Positions 1-9,765 of a stretch of DNA of 64,000 nt are shown here, one piece after another (the stretch's first letter is position 1; each line of letters opens with the position of its first letter). The DNA lies in NCBI GenBank assembly GCA_964019425.1, contig OZ025788.1, positions 124,001 to 188,000 of the forward strand, read 5' to 3'. A program made the translations under genes and the position numbers. The notes below the pieces were generated by a model that was not told where the DNA came from, did no database searches, and worked only from the letters and a program-made list of their open reading frames with translations. The stretch comes from Flectonema sp. DT1601 (taxonomy: Eukaryota).

Positions 1-2966
1 GATCCAACTTCAGGGCAGTTAAACAGCTTTGGGTAACCTCTGTTTGGATATTTACCACGAAGTTGCCAAACCTGAAAAAATGGATTCCAATCAATGAAAG
101 GAATAACATCATCAATACTGTACTCGACAACCTTACTACCGAGGTATGTTGGTTTGCATACTGGAGGAGACTTGTCGAAGTCGATGACCATTTTCTTGAC
201 ACGAGCATCATTAATGGTTAAGTACTTACGATCCTTAACTCCCTCCCAGTATTCTTTGCGAAGGTCTTCGTACATTTCAGTTGTGTCTTCTAAGAATTCC
301 TCACAACTGTTTCCTAGCAGACTACCACACACGACAACACTCTTTGAAGCGTCTAAAACGTGAATAGTATTCTGGTAATGAGTGTGAAGCTTTACTGCAG
401 TATGCATCTTCGATGTTGTCGCTCCTCCAATGAGAAGTGGCTTACTGATACTACATCTTTTGAATTCCTTTGCGACAGCAACCATTTCATCTAACGATGG
501 AGTAATGAGACCTGACAAACCAACGATGTCAGGATTGTGTTCTTTGATAGCGTCCATAATCTTTGGAAGTGGAGTCATCACTCCGAGATCAATAATTTTG
601 TAATTATTACATCCAAGAACAACTCCCACAATGTTCTTTCCAATATCGTGGACGTCTCCCTTTACTGTTGCCAACAGAACACTGTTTTGTGCTACTACTC
701 CTCCACCACTTGCCTTTTCTTCTTCCATGAATGGGATTAAATGTCCAACAGCTTTCTTCATTACTCGAGCAGACTTGATGACTTGAGGTAAAAACATCTT
801 ACCTGATCCAAAGAGGTCACCAACGATACTCATTCCCTTCATCAGAGGACCTTCAATAATGTGAAGACACTTTGGGTATAATTCTTTATCCTGACGACAT
901 GCTTCAACATCTTCAATGATATGACTAACAATACCCTTTACTAATGCGTGGGAAAGACGATCTTCCTTTGGGTAGGTTCTCCATTCATCAACTTTCTGTT
1001 CTTCAACACCTCCTTTTTGACTCTTAAATTTCTCAGCAAGATCAGTCAACATTTCTGTTGAGTTTTGTTCTCTATCAGCTGGTTTTGGTCTGTTGAAAAT
1101 AACGTCTTCACAGAGATCAATCAAGGACTGGTCGATGTCACTGTACACAGGCATAGTACCAGCGTTTACAATAGCCATGTCCATGTTGCATTTACCGATG
1201 GCGTGGTAGAGGAAGACTGCGTGCATTGAATTTCTGATTTTTTCAACACCTCTGAAAGAGAACGACAAGTTGGAAAGACCTCCTGAAATCTTTGCGTGTG
1301 GTAAGTTGTCTTTAATCCACTTAGTGGCGTTAAGAAAGTCAACTCCGTAGTTGTTGTGTTCTTCAAGACCAGTTGCGATGGTTAAAACGTTTGGATCGAA
1401 AATGATATCCTCGACAGGGAAACCAATTCCTTCTAAGATGTAGTACGCACGCTTACAGATTCTGATCTTGTCAGCTTCGGTTGCAGCCTGACCCTCTTCA
1501 TCGAAAGCCATGACAACCAACGCAGCTCCATACTTCATAATAGTCTTAGCATGCTCGATGAATTGTTCTTCTCCAGCCTTTAGAGAGATACTGTTCACGA
1601 TTGGCTTTCCTTGAACGCATTTCAAACCGGCTTCGATAACTGCAAAGTTAGAACTGTCAATCATGAATGGAACTTTACTGATGTCAGGATCAGATACACA
1701 TAAATTGATTAAATGAGTAATAGCAAGCTCTCCATCAATAAGACCATCGTCAAGATTGAAATCGATTACAGTGGCTCCGTTTTCAACCTGTTCACGTGCG
1801 ATAGCCATCGCTGATTCGAAATCACCAGCCTTAATGAGTCGTTTGAAGCGAAGGGATCCTGCAATGTTACATCTCTCACCAATGTTTAAGAACCCGGAGT
1901 GTTCATTAACACGAAGTCTTTCAAGACCTGACAAGACCATAGTGTTGTCACGAACTCCCTTTGGTCTAGGAACAATCCCTTCAGTTGCTTTTCTAATCGC
2001 TGCAATATGTTTTGGTCTCGAACCACAGCATCCTCCAACCATGTTAACGAATCCTGACTTCAAAAAGTCCAACAGCTCTTCAGCCATTTCATCTGGTGTT
2101 TGATCATACTCACCCATAGCATTTGGTAACCCAGCGTTAGGGTATGCAGTTACCCAAGTCTCACCAATTTCAGACAATCTCTGAATGTGGGGTCTCATCG
2201 CAACTGTTCCTAAGGCGCAGTTTAATCCGATGGAGAATAGATTTCCATGTCTCATTGAGGTATAGAAAGCTTCTGTAGTTTGACCTGATAAAGTTCTACC
2301 AGAAGCATCAGTAATGGTTCCGGAAACCATAATTGGTACTCTGGTACCTCTGTCGTCAAGGACAGTGTTGGCAGCAAAGAGAGCAGCTTTTGCGTTAAGA
2401 GTGTCGAAAATTGTTTCAATGAGAAGGATATCAGCACCTCCATCTAACAGACCATGGATCTGTTCCGAGTAGGCATCAACTAGATCATCGTATTTAACGT
2501 TACGGTATTCAGGTTTTTCAACACTTGGAGAAATAGAACACGTTCTGTTTGTTGGTCCAACAGCACCACAAACATATCTACGAATGCCATCTCTTGCTTT
2601 CATTTCGTCTGCTGCTGACTTTGCAAGTGCAGCAGCTTCAACGTTGATACGTCTCGAAAGATGTTCCATCTCGTAGTCAGCCATTGAAATCTTATTAGCG
2701 TTAAAGGTATTCGTCTCAACAAAGTCAGCACCTGCCTCCATGTAGTCTAAATGAACCTTCTTAATTAAGTCAGGTTTTGTTAAACATAACAAGTCGTTGT
2801 TTCCCTTCACATCACATGACCAATCTTTAAATTCCTCTCCTCTGAAATCTTCTTCTTCCAATTTGTACTGTTGCAATTCAGTACCAGTAGCTCCATCTAA
2901 AACAGTGATACGCTCAGAGAAGAGCTTGTTTAACTCAGCAAAGATGGGTTCTTTGTAGTCCGTCAT
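1..2966 (-). CDS. MTR: Cobalamin-dependent methionine synthase (MetH/MTR), 3'-partial, runs off the left edge of the window
   Basis: Manual minus-strand translation from ATG 2966: MTDYKEPIFAELNKLFSERITVLDGATGTELQQYKLEEEDFRGEEFKDWSCDVKGNNDLL. Also GGCCGSRP near 2020, NIGERCNIAGS near 1880 and the cobalamin motif GDVHDIGKNIVGVVLGCNNY at ~600-660. Presumably absent from the ORF track because no stop lies within the window. Confidence 0.97.
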   Translation of the reverse strand, partial: MTDYKEPIFAELNKLFSERITVLDGATGTELQQYKLEEEDFRGEEFKDWSCDVKGNNDLLCLTKPDLIKKVHLDYMEAGADFVETNTFNANKISMADYEMEHLSRRINVEAAALAKSAADEMKARDGIRRYVCGAVGPTNRTCSISPSVEKPEYRNVKYDDLVDAYSEQIHGLLDGGADILLIETIFDTLNAKAALFAANTVLDDRGTRVPIMVSGTITDASGRTLSGQTTEAFYTSMRHGNLFSIGLNCALGTVAMRPHIQRLSEIGETWVTAYPNAGLPNAMGEYDQTPDEMAEELLDFLKSGFVNMVGGCCGSRPKHIAAIRKATEGIVPRPKGVRDNTMVLSGLERLRVNEHSGFLNIGERCNIAGSLRFKRLIKAGDFESAMAIAREQVENGATVIDFNLDDGLIDGELAITHLINLCVSDPDISKVPFMIDSSNFAVIEAGLKCVQGKPIVNSISLKAGEEQFIEHAKTIMKYGAALVVMAFDEEGQAATEADKIRICKRAYYILEGIGFPVEDIIFDPNVLTIATGLEEHNNYGVDFLNATKWIKDNLPHAKISGGLSNLSFSFRGVEKIRNSMHAVFLYHAIGKCNMDMAIVNAGTMPVYSDIDQSLIDLCEDVIFNRPKPADREQNSTEMLTDLAEKFKSQKGGVEEQKVDEWRTYPKEDRLSHALVKGIVSHIIEDVEACRQDKELYPKCLHIIEGPLMKGMSIVGDLFGSGKMFLPQVIKSARVMKKAVGHLIPFMEEEKASGGGVVAQNSVLLATVKGDVHDIGKNIVGVVLGCNNYKIIDLGVMTPLPKIMDAIKEHNPDIVGLSGLITPSLDEMVAVAKEFKRCSISKPLLIGGATTSKMHTAVKLHTHYQNTIHVLDASKSVVVCGSLLGNSCEEFLEDTTEMYEDLRKEYWEGVKDRKYLTINDARVKKMVIDFDKSPPVCKPTYLGSKVVEYSIDDVIPFIDWNPFFQVWQLRGKYPNRGYPKLFNCPEVG

Positions 2967-3257
2967 CCTAATGTTTGACTGAAGAAAGAAATTAATAATT
3001 ATGTTGGTGAATTCATGCATGTTGACAAGTCCTAACACATATAAACCTTGGTAAGCTTTACGAGGGGTACGTTAGTAAATCAATACCATACCATCGTAAA
3101 GACTCCCTTCAAGTGTGAAGGGAACCATTAATACTCGTGTTGGTTTATATAAAAACAAAACAAAACAAAAAAATAATAATAACAAATCGATTTTGTGTGT
3201 AAGTGATTTATAAAACAGTCGGAAGACGTTTTCAAAAAAAATATATAAAAAAATCAA

Positions 3258-5048
3258 TTAATTTTCATTTTCATTTTCGAGGTTCGCAGCCACCTTCAAA
3301 GCTATTTCCACAGCAGCTCTCTTTGTTGTTGTTTCGATGAGTTTCATTAAGTCAGCTCCAGGAAGAATTAATGGCATCGTCGGTTTCGGAGGAGGTGGTA
3401 TCGGAAGATGCAACTGTTCTAGTAAGGCACTGTCTAAAATAGATCCAGAGGCTGTAATTTGTTTTTTCTTAACCAGAATAACTTCCAGCGCTTGTTGATA
3501 TTCTCTCACCTCGGCTTCCCATAAGAAAACCTTCGCGACGTGATTCTTTGAAGCAATCATAAACTCCGTGAAAATCGCTTCTTCTCTAATCTCTTGTGAA
3601 AGTGTCGGAGAGCCTACGATTTTTTTATAGACTGAAATGTCTAAGTTTGCTCGTCGAGGTATGAGAGTTGCTTCTTTTCCACGAGTCTTTTTTGATACAC
3701 TGCTGTGAACCATTGTCTCTCCAACTTTGTGCTTTTTTATATCCCTACGCGCCTTCAAGTCATGGGATGTTCTTGCGAAAGTCTCGAATTTCAACCACTG
3801 CAGCAGCCAGACTCTTCGCTTTGCTCTTCTCACTGCAATTTCTCGACGGTACCATCGTTGGATATGTTTTGTTCGCTTAACCAGTTTTGTGATGGCGATG
3901 ACTACTCGTTTAGAAGCTGCTAAGTCTTTTAAGAAATGAATTAATAAATGATAACGTTTATTTAAGACTCTACTCTTTGCTCGTTCTTTCCAAGGATTCG
4001 CTCTTTGAGAAATAAAATTGTGAGTTCGGATGGCTGAGACACACCAACTTTTACCAGTTTTCATATTACACCACCAGTTTTCGAGTACTCGAACTGCAGC
4101 TGTTTCTCGATTTGTTATTAAACTTAGTTTCTCATTTCGGTATGTTAATACCACGTTTAACATCGTCCTCATCGCTTTCCATTTTAATATAATTTCATAC
4201 CAGGATCTGACCGCCGTTAATTCGATCGCTTTTCTGGTTGATAAGGTTCCAACCATTTTCAACATTCGTTGTTTTTTTATATTTAACTTCGCAAGGCTGT
4301 GAGTGTGTTGCTGTAGTACGGAGTCTTTGTTTGCTTGCCTAACAGCAGCTGAACGAGCATCCCTTTCAGCGCTTCGTTTTTTTATTAATTCGACGTGTTC
4401 ATCTTCTCCGTATGTCGCGATGATGAAAGGATCTTTATTAAATAAGACATAGTCGAGGGTTCCTTTTTTTTCTAATTTGAGTTTTTCAGATTTATATTCG
4501 GTATACAAAGAGCATTGTTTTGAGAAATCTATTAGTTTTTGTTCATCAGATCTAATCTCAGCTATCCGTTGTTTAAGTAAAGCAGCAACAGCATAGATAG
4601 GAATCGTTCCGGGTGAATACCGACTTCCGATTCGTTTTCTTCTTCCAGGAGTCGGATCAGCTTTTCGTTGTGTTTTTGGAGGATGTGGGACTGCTGTATG
4701 TATGATTCCGTCAACTGAAATCGATCCATTTATCAAAGCCTGTCTCAGTTGTTCTACTTGTTGCTGAATAATCTTAATATCACTCGCAATCACTGCAGTT
4801 GTCTCTGTAAGAATAGTCTTACCGTACTCTTCTTGTTTACCATATGAATTCCTGTTATTGTCGTTGACTGAATCTTTGTCTTGAAGTTTACGGTTTCTGT
4901 TTGCAGTCAAACTTGATATATTAACACAGCATTGCATGACACCACATCGATTTCGGACAATTGAAGGAAATAAGTTGCTATCTTCTGTCGTTAGTTCTGT
5001 TCTTTGGAAGATTGGACCATCGGAATTGAGAGAAAACTTTTCATCCAT
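3258..5048 (-). CDS. Hypothetical basic protein, 596 aa, with IQ-like segments
   Basis: Long ORF; IQ-like TKHIQRWYRREIAVRR and AVRVLENWW; U-tract plus AG upstream (ttttcttcttcaag). Confidence 0.8.
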   Translation of the reverse strand: MDEKFSLNSDGPIFQRTELTTEDSNLFPSIVRNRCGVMQCCVNISSLTANRNRKLQDKDSVNDNNRNSYGKQEEYGKTILTETTAVIASDIKIIQQQVEQLRQALINGSISVDGIIHTAVPHPPKTQRKADPTPGRRKRIGSRYSPGTIPIYAVAALLKQRIAEIRSDEQKLIDFSKQCSLYTEYKSEKLKLEKKGTLDYVLFNKDPFIIATYGEDEHVELIKKRSAERDARSAAVRQANKDSVLQQHTHSLAKLNIKKQRMLKMVGTLSTRKAIELTAVRSWYEIILKWKAMRTMLNVVLTYRNEKLSLITNRETAAVRVLENWWCNMKTGKSWCVSAIRTHNFISQRANPWKERAKSRVLNKRYHLLIHFLKDLAASKRVVIAITKLVKRTKHIQRWYRREIAVRRAKRRVWLLQWLKFETFARTSHDLKARRDIKKHKVGETMVHSSVSKKTRGKEATLIPRRANLDISVYKKIVGSPTLSQEIREEAIFTEFMIASKNHVAKVFLWEAEVREYQQALEVILVKKKQITASGSILDSALLEQLHLPIPPPPKPTMPLILPGADLMKLIETTTKRAAVEIALKVAANLENENEN

Positions 5049-5801
5049 TTTTGGAATTCTTGTTTACTAAAATCAACTTTAAGTGATGTAACTTTTCTTA
5101 TTTACTTTTGCTTGAAGAAGAAAAAAAAAAAAAAAAAAAGTGTGTCTTTCCCAAATCCAGTATCATCGTGGGGTATTAACTAAATAGAAACAAAATAAAT
5201 TATTTAATTTTAATAAAACGAATGTTTTCAATCTGCTATTTCTCCTTACGCTGCTATTTAAGAACGAAGAGATACGCACGCTGGGTGACAAGTTACCCAT
5301 CTCATACACGAGGATACTACAATACAAGTTTTTTTGTTATTATTATAATTTTTATCTTTTCTTTTTTTTTTTTTTTTTTTAAATATGGCAGCATGCTCCC
5401 GGATTGCTAGTCCATGAAGAAAAACTTTAACATAAAAAACAGGAAAGTGGATAACATTAAGTTATATCGTAAAGGACAAAGCTCTGTTCCCAGGCCGAAA
5501 GTGCCAACTGTACCCGCGGGCCTTGAAAAAAGAAAATCGAGTACCACACCACGTCTATAAGTTTGCCTGGGCTATAGAGCTTTGCCCTATTGTAAAAGCT
5601 GACTAGCTCGCTATTAAATTCAAAGTGGCTGCAAAGACAATCCGAAGACTTAATCCTTAGCACATTGGGAGAAGGGAGGAGGGTAACTAACCCCAAGCAT
5701 ACAATACACGACAGGAACCAAATCAAAACACACCCTTTACAAACAGGTTGGCTGCTTTATATAACAGATGGTAGTAGGAAAGATAATCGCTGTGACATTT
5801 C

Positions 5802-7535
5802 TTAGTAATTAGAATTTATTTCAACCTCATTTCCGGGAATCTCAATAGCAGTGTTCTGCTTTGCTGCTGGAGCAATAGCAGAACCCTGGCTGGTTTTTCT
5901 TGATAGCGGAGCCTGAATGGAACTCTTACGTGAAATTCCCCCTTCCGATAATTCAACTTCATTGTTAGGTAATGATATTGCTGTGTTTGGTTTTGACGCA
6001 GGAGCAGGAACTTGTGTAGAACTTCTCCTAGAATTACCTCCTTCAGACAACTCTACTTCATCATTCGACAATGTTATCGCCGTGTTTAACTTCGTAGAAG
6101 GTGCTGGTTGACTACTTCTGTTTGACGGAACTTGGACGGAACTCCTTCGAGAAACACTTTCCGATACCTGAAGATCATCATGAGACATAACTGATGGTTT
6201 CTCCATCATCGATGTACTTCCTCCAAGTAATGAACTCTTTCGGGATGCAGAAGCGGCTTCAGATATTTCAATCTCATCACACGGAAGAGCTATTGCCGTA
6301 TTCAGTTTTGTTGCTGGTGATGGTTGTGATGACAACCTGTTTAAACTTCCCCTTGAAGTCCTTCGAGATGAATACGCCGACATCGAATTATCCATCTCAA
6401 CTGGAGCAGCCACAGTAGTACTTAATCTCGAAACCGGTGCCGGTGGTAGCGAATTTCTTTTACTCGACGTTTGCAACGAATTTCTGTTACTGTTATTATG
6501 CCCACTTAGGATACCCGCTTCAACTTGAACAGCTAATTCTGATAGGAGAGAAGCAGTTTTTTGAATCTCAGTATCCGAGGCATTCTCCGACACTGGTTCA
6601 GACATTTGAATAGTTGGATAGCTTTGATTGAGTTCAGCAACAGAAGAATGAGGTCTGTCGCTAGTTAACGAGTCTCGTAGACAAACAACATCACCCGGGT
6701 ATTGAACAGCCGTATTACTAACATTACAAGGTTGGTATTCAACACTTCCAGGGATACTCATTGCAGCTGAGTTTTGTGAACGACGTTTAAAAGTTTCTAA
6801 ACTTCTTCTGTCAGGTCTCTGAGTTGCGGTTTCACTCTGTTTGCTGTTATTATTTAGATTTGATCCCACAGATTGCCTGGTGTTGTTTTCTCTTTGTGGT
6901 GATGAATCGATGATTTGCTGCATCAATTTAAACTGCTGCTGGATCACCATCTCCTTAAACCCAGCATCGTCAACAGGTTGTTGTTGTTGCTGCTGTTGTT
7001 GTTGTCCCTGATGTGAATGTTGCTGTAGCTGTTTTAGTACGGAATTCAATTCTTGTTTCAATCTACTAATCTCATCATTCTTATCACGGTTATCCTTGTC
7101 TTTGGATTTAACAGAGTGAGTCAAGACTGCTATTATTTGGTCTCTCGCTAGCACCTCTTCTTCTTTCTTTAATAGTTGAGCCCTCACTTCCAACAATTCG
7201 TTATTAAGTTCGCCAACCTTTTGTTGATGAAGGGCAAATTTTGAATACAGCTCTCTCAGTTGTGCCTGAGTTTGAACCTCAGTGGTGTCTGGATATCCAC
7301 CTTGCTGAACTTGTCTATAAGGCTGTAGGGGTTGTTGTTGTTGTTGTTGTTGTTGTTGCTGTTGTTGTTGTTGTTGGTAGTGGTGGTGGTGCTGTTGGTG
7401 TTGTTGTTGGGGAGTTGCTACAAGAGTGCTACCAACCCCAGCTGGGGATCCACTTGTACTTCTGTCTTCAACAGTGACCTCTCCATCCTGACCTCGCTTA
7501 GCCTTATCAAGGTTAATATTTATGTTGAAATGCAT
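5802..7535 (-). CDS. Hypothetical poly-Q/coiled-coil protein with C-terminal NTAI-x-(L/I)-(P/S)-x2-E(V/I)E repeats
   Basis: The first ATG after the U-rich acceptor tttttttttgtttcag is at 7535 (MHFNININLDKAK). The track's longer start runs through the poly-T tract. Confidence 0.8.
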   Translation of the reverse strand: MHFNININLDKAKRGQDGEVTVEDRSTSGSPAGVGSTLVATPQQQHQQHHHHYQQQQQQQQQQQQQQQPLQPYRQVQQGGYPDTTEVQTQAQLRELYSKFALHQQKVGELNNELLEVRAQLLKKEEEVLARDQIIAVLTHSVKSKDKDNRDKNDEISRLKQELNSVLKQLQQHSHQGQQQQQQQQQPVDDAGFKEMVIQQQFKLMQQIIDSSPQRENNTRQSVGSNLNNNSKQSETATQRPDRRSLETFKRRSQNSAAMSIPGSVEYQPCNVSNTAVQYPGDVVCLRDSLTSDRPHSSVAELNQSYPTIQMSEPVSENASDTEIQKTASLLSELAVQVEAGILSGHNNSNRNSLQTSSKRNSLPPAPVSRLSTTVAAPVEMDNSMSAYSSRRTSRGSLNRLSSQPSPATKLNTAIALPCDEIEISEAASASRKSSLLGGSTSMMEKPSVMSHDDLQVSESVSRRSSVQVPSNRSSQPAPSTKLNTAITLSNDEVELSEGGNSRRSSTQVPAPASKPNTAISLPNNEVELSEGGISRKSSIQAPLSRKTSQGSAIAPAAKQNTAIEIPGNEVEINSNY

Positions 7536-7665
7536 GTGTGTGTTGTGTGTGGCTGAAACAAAAAAAAGATGGGGGAGTAAATTGATGAAAAAAAAAAACA
7601 ACAAAAACCTCCACCAATATTTCTCCCGTCTCCACAAAAAGCTTACTTTTTTCCAAATTCCTGTT

Positions 7666-9765
7666 TCACTTTACCTCCTTACAGGTATTGCCATCGTGAA
7701 TTAAGATTCTAGACAGAGCAATAGTCTCGTCTGGATACTCAGGAAACTGATCAGACAGGTTGTACTTATTGGGATGTGGATATGTAAGAGGGAGGTTTCT
7801 ATCATAAAACCAAGCAGTTGGAGGCTGATAGCTATCAATACAAACAGATGATGAAGAGCGGTTATCAATCGAAACTTCACAAAGACTCACATCATTCGGA
7901 GGAGGTGCTTGAAAAGAACTGAGTGTGACTTCATCAGAATTACAAGGTAACTTCAGAAGGTATGATCCTGTTTCAGAAATGTTGTTTTTAATAAAATTAA
8001 AAACTGATCCGATTGAAGATTTAATATCATCATTAGCGACAGTTCGGTATTTATATCCTTCTCCTTCAAGTTGTTTTAAAGTGAACTCTTCCCAACCAAT
8101 GACTGATGATGTGAAAGCATTTACCCTTCCTAACAACGTCTTACAAGAACTGTCTCGAAAACAAAGTCCACAGTACAGACTAATGTAGGCCGACTCGCTT
8201 AATCGTTCGTGTAGAATAGTACGGCAGTCGTCTGGAATCAAAAGAGGGTCTTGTGCACAATTGTATTCCATGTTGGCTCTAACCGTGGTGGGTACATCAT
8301 TGTGAAGACAATGAATTTTACTCCTGAATAACACCGATACCCCTCCACAAGAATACGTTCCATAACTAAAATTTTGAAATTTCGATTTATCCGTTGAAGG
8401 TGTTTCTGGTAGAGCTGCCGGATCCCACTCATCATCTAAATTTTGTTCTGCGACCTGGAATTGAACTGAATCGGTTTTACAACCGTCTGTCAGAAGAGCA
8501 TTTTTAAAAAAATTCTCATTGACGCATCTGGGTGCTACATATCCAGCTTTTTGAGGCTTCCCAATAAATAACACGTAGCGTCCTCCTATCATTTTTGACT
8601 CGATGACCATGGAAATTCCATGTTGAGAAAATTTATTTTCGGCAATTTTTGCCGCTGTTGAAGGACTGCACACTATCTTAATATCGTCGTCACCGAGAAG
8701 GTGTTTCGCAATGACACCGTCGTCGACTAATTCAACTGAATTTTCTTTTTTTTTAAAATACTCTTTTGATACCTTTTCCTTACAAGTCCATTCCATCTCT
8801 GCTGCGGTTTTTTTTCGATGACCAGCAGTGCCATTCACCCTAGACATACCTCCATCAGTCGATCTCGCGGGAAAATGAAGATAATCCGCTTCGATTCCTG
8901 ATGCTGATGTTTTTTCAATGTACTCTACGTTGGTAAAAGGAGATACACGAACGTCGATTTGATGGGGAACAGAATCTGGAACTGTCGAACACATCTTAAA
9001 TTCACACACCTCTCCAAAATTACCAATGTGTTTCTGAAGATGAACAGCATGTTTTTGCGTTTTATTTCTTTTAAAAGTCGACAAAAGTTTTGTCGGAGGA
9101 AGGGGTCTGTCACCTGTCGGAAGTCTTTTTAAAAAACATGTCCGAACATGAGGAAGTAGCCACGCTTGATTTATATGAGTATGAGAAGCAGCTGATGACG
9201 AGTTACATACAACACAAGATGTACTCCTGCGAACTAATCTATTTTGATATTCCTGTCTTTCCTTAATGAGAATCGGTATGAGTTCACGAGGAATTTTTTT
9301 TGTTCGAAAAGTCGCATGTTCTTCGGAAGTAAAAGCTGATTTTCCTCGTTGGATTCGTTGTTTTCTTTTTGCCATTGAAGTATTGACGCCTGTGTTCGGA
9401 CAAATGTTAGAATTTACACTCGTTTCTGTCGATGACGTAGTTGTGTTTGCTGTAGTGTGAGCTTGTCGTCCAACGTTTTGTCGTTTTTGATATTCTCTAA
9501 CCCAGGGTAGTTTTTGTTGTCTCACTGATATTTGATCTGATTCTAACTTTGGTCTTTTAATCATGAAAGAATTCTCTAACATAATATCTTCACAAGGATT
9601 GCTATCTGACTTATCAGTTATTAATGGAAGCTTTCCGGGAATCTTTCCTAATACAGCAGTTAAGTCTAACCCACAGCAATCTGATAAACTGCTTGGGAAG
9701 GAAACTTTTGATATTTCTGCCTTCTCTTCTTCTTCATTTTCAAAGAACTCAAAACCTTCAGACAT
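7666..9765 (-). CDS. NARG2_C / ICE2 (little elongation complex subunit 2)-like domain protein
   Basis: C-terminal pattern NFSYGTYSCGGVSVLFRSK...VRANMEY...ERLSESAY...LLGRVNAFTSSVIGWEEF resembles the NARG2_C domain as I recall it. Confidence 0.6.
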   Translation of the reverse strand: MSEGFEFFENEEEEKAEISKVSFPSSLSDCCGLDLTAVLGKIPGKLPLITDKSDSNPCEDIMLENSFMIKRPKLESDQISVRQQKLPWVREYQKRQNVGRQAHTTANTTTSSTETSVNSNICPNTGVNTSMAKRKQRIQRGKSAFTSEEHATFRTKKIPRELIPILIKERQEYQNRLVRRSTSCVVCNSSSAASHTHINQAWLLPHVRTCFLKRLPTGDRPLPPTKLLSTFKRNKTQKHAVHLQKHIGNFGEVCEFKMCSTVPDSVPHQIDVRVSPFTNVEYIEKTSASGIEADYLHFPARSTDGGMSRVNGTAGHRKKTAAEMEWTCKEKVSKEYFKKKENSVELVDDGVIAKHLLGDDDIKIVCSPSTAAKIAENKFSQHGISMVIESKMIGGRYVLFIGKPQKAGYVAPRCVNENFFKNALLTDGCKTDSVQFQVAEQNLDDEWDPAALPETPSTDKSKFQNFSYGTYSCGGVSVLFRSKIHCLHNDVPTTVRANMEYNCAQDPLLIPDDCRTILHERLSESAYISLYCGLCFRDSSCKTLLGRVNAFTSSVIGWEEFTLKQLEGEGYKYRTVANDDIKSSIGSVFNFIKNNISETGSYLLKLPCNSDEVTLSSFQAPPPNDVSLCEVSIDNRSSSSVCIDSYQPPTAWFYDRNLPLTYPHPNKYNLSDQFPEYPDETIALSRILIHDGNTCKEVK

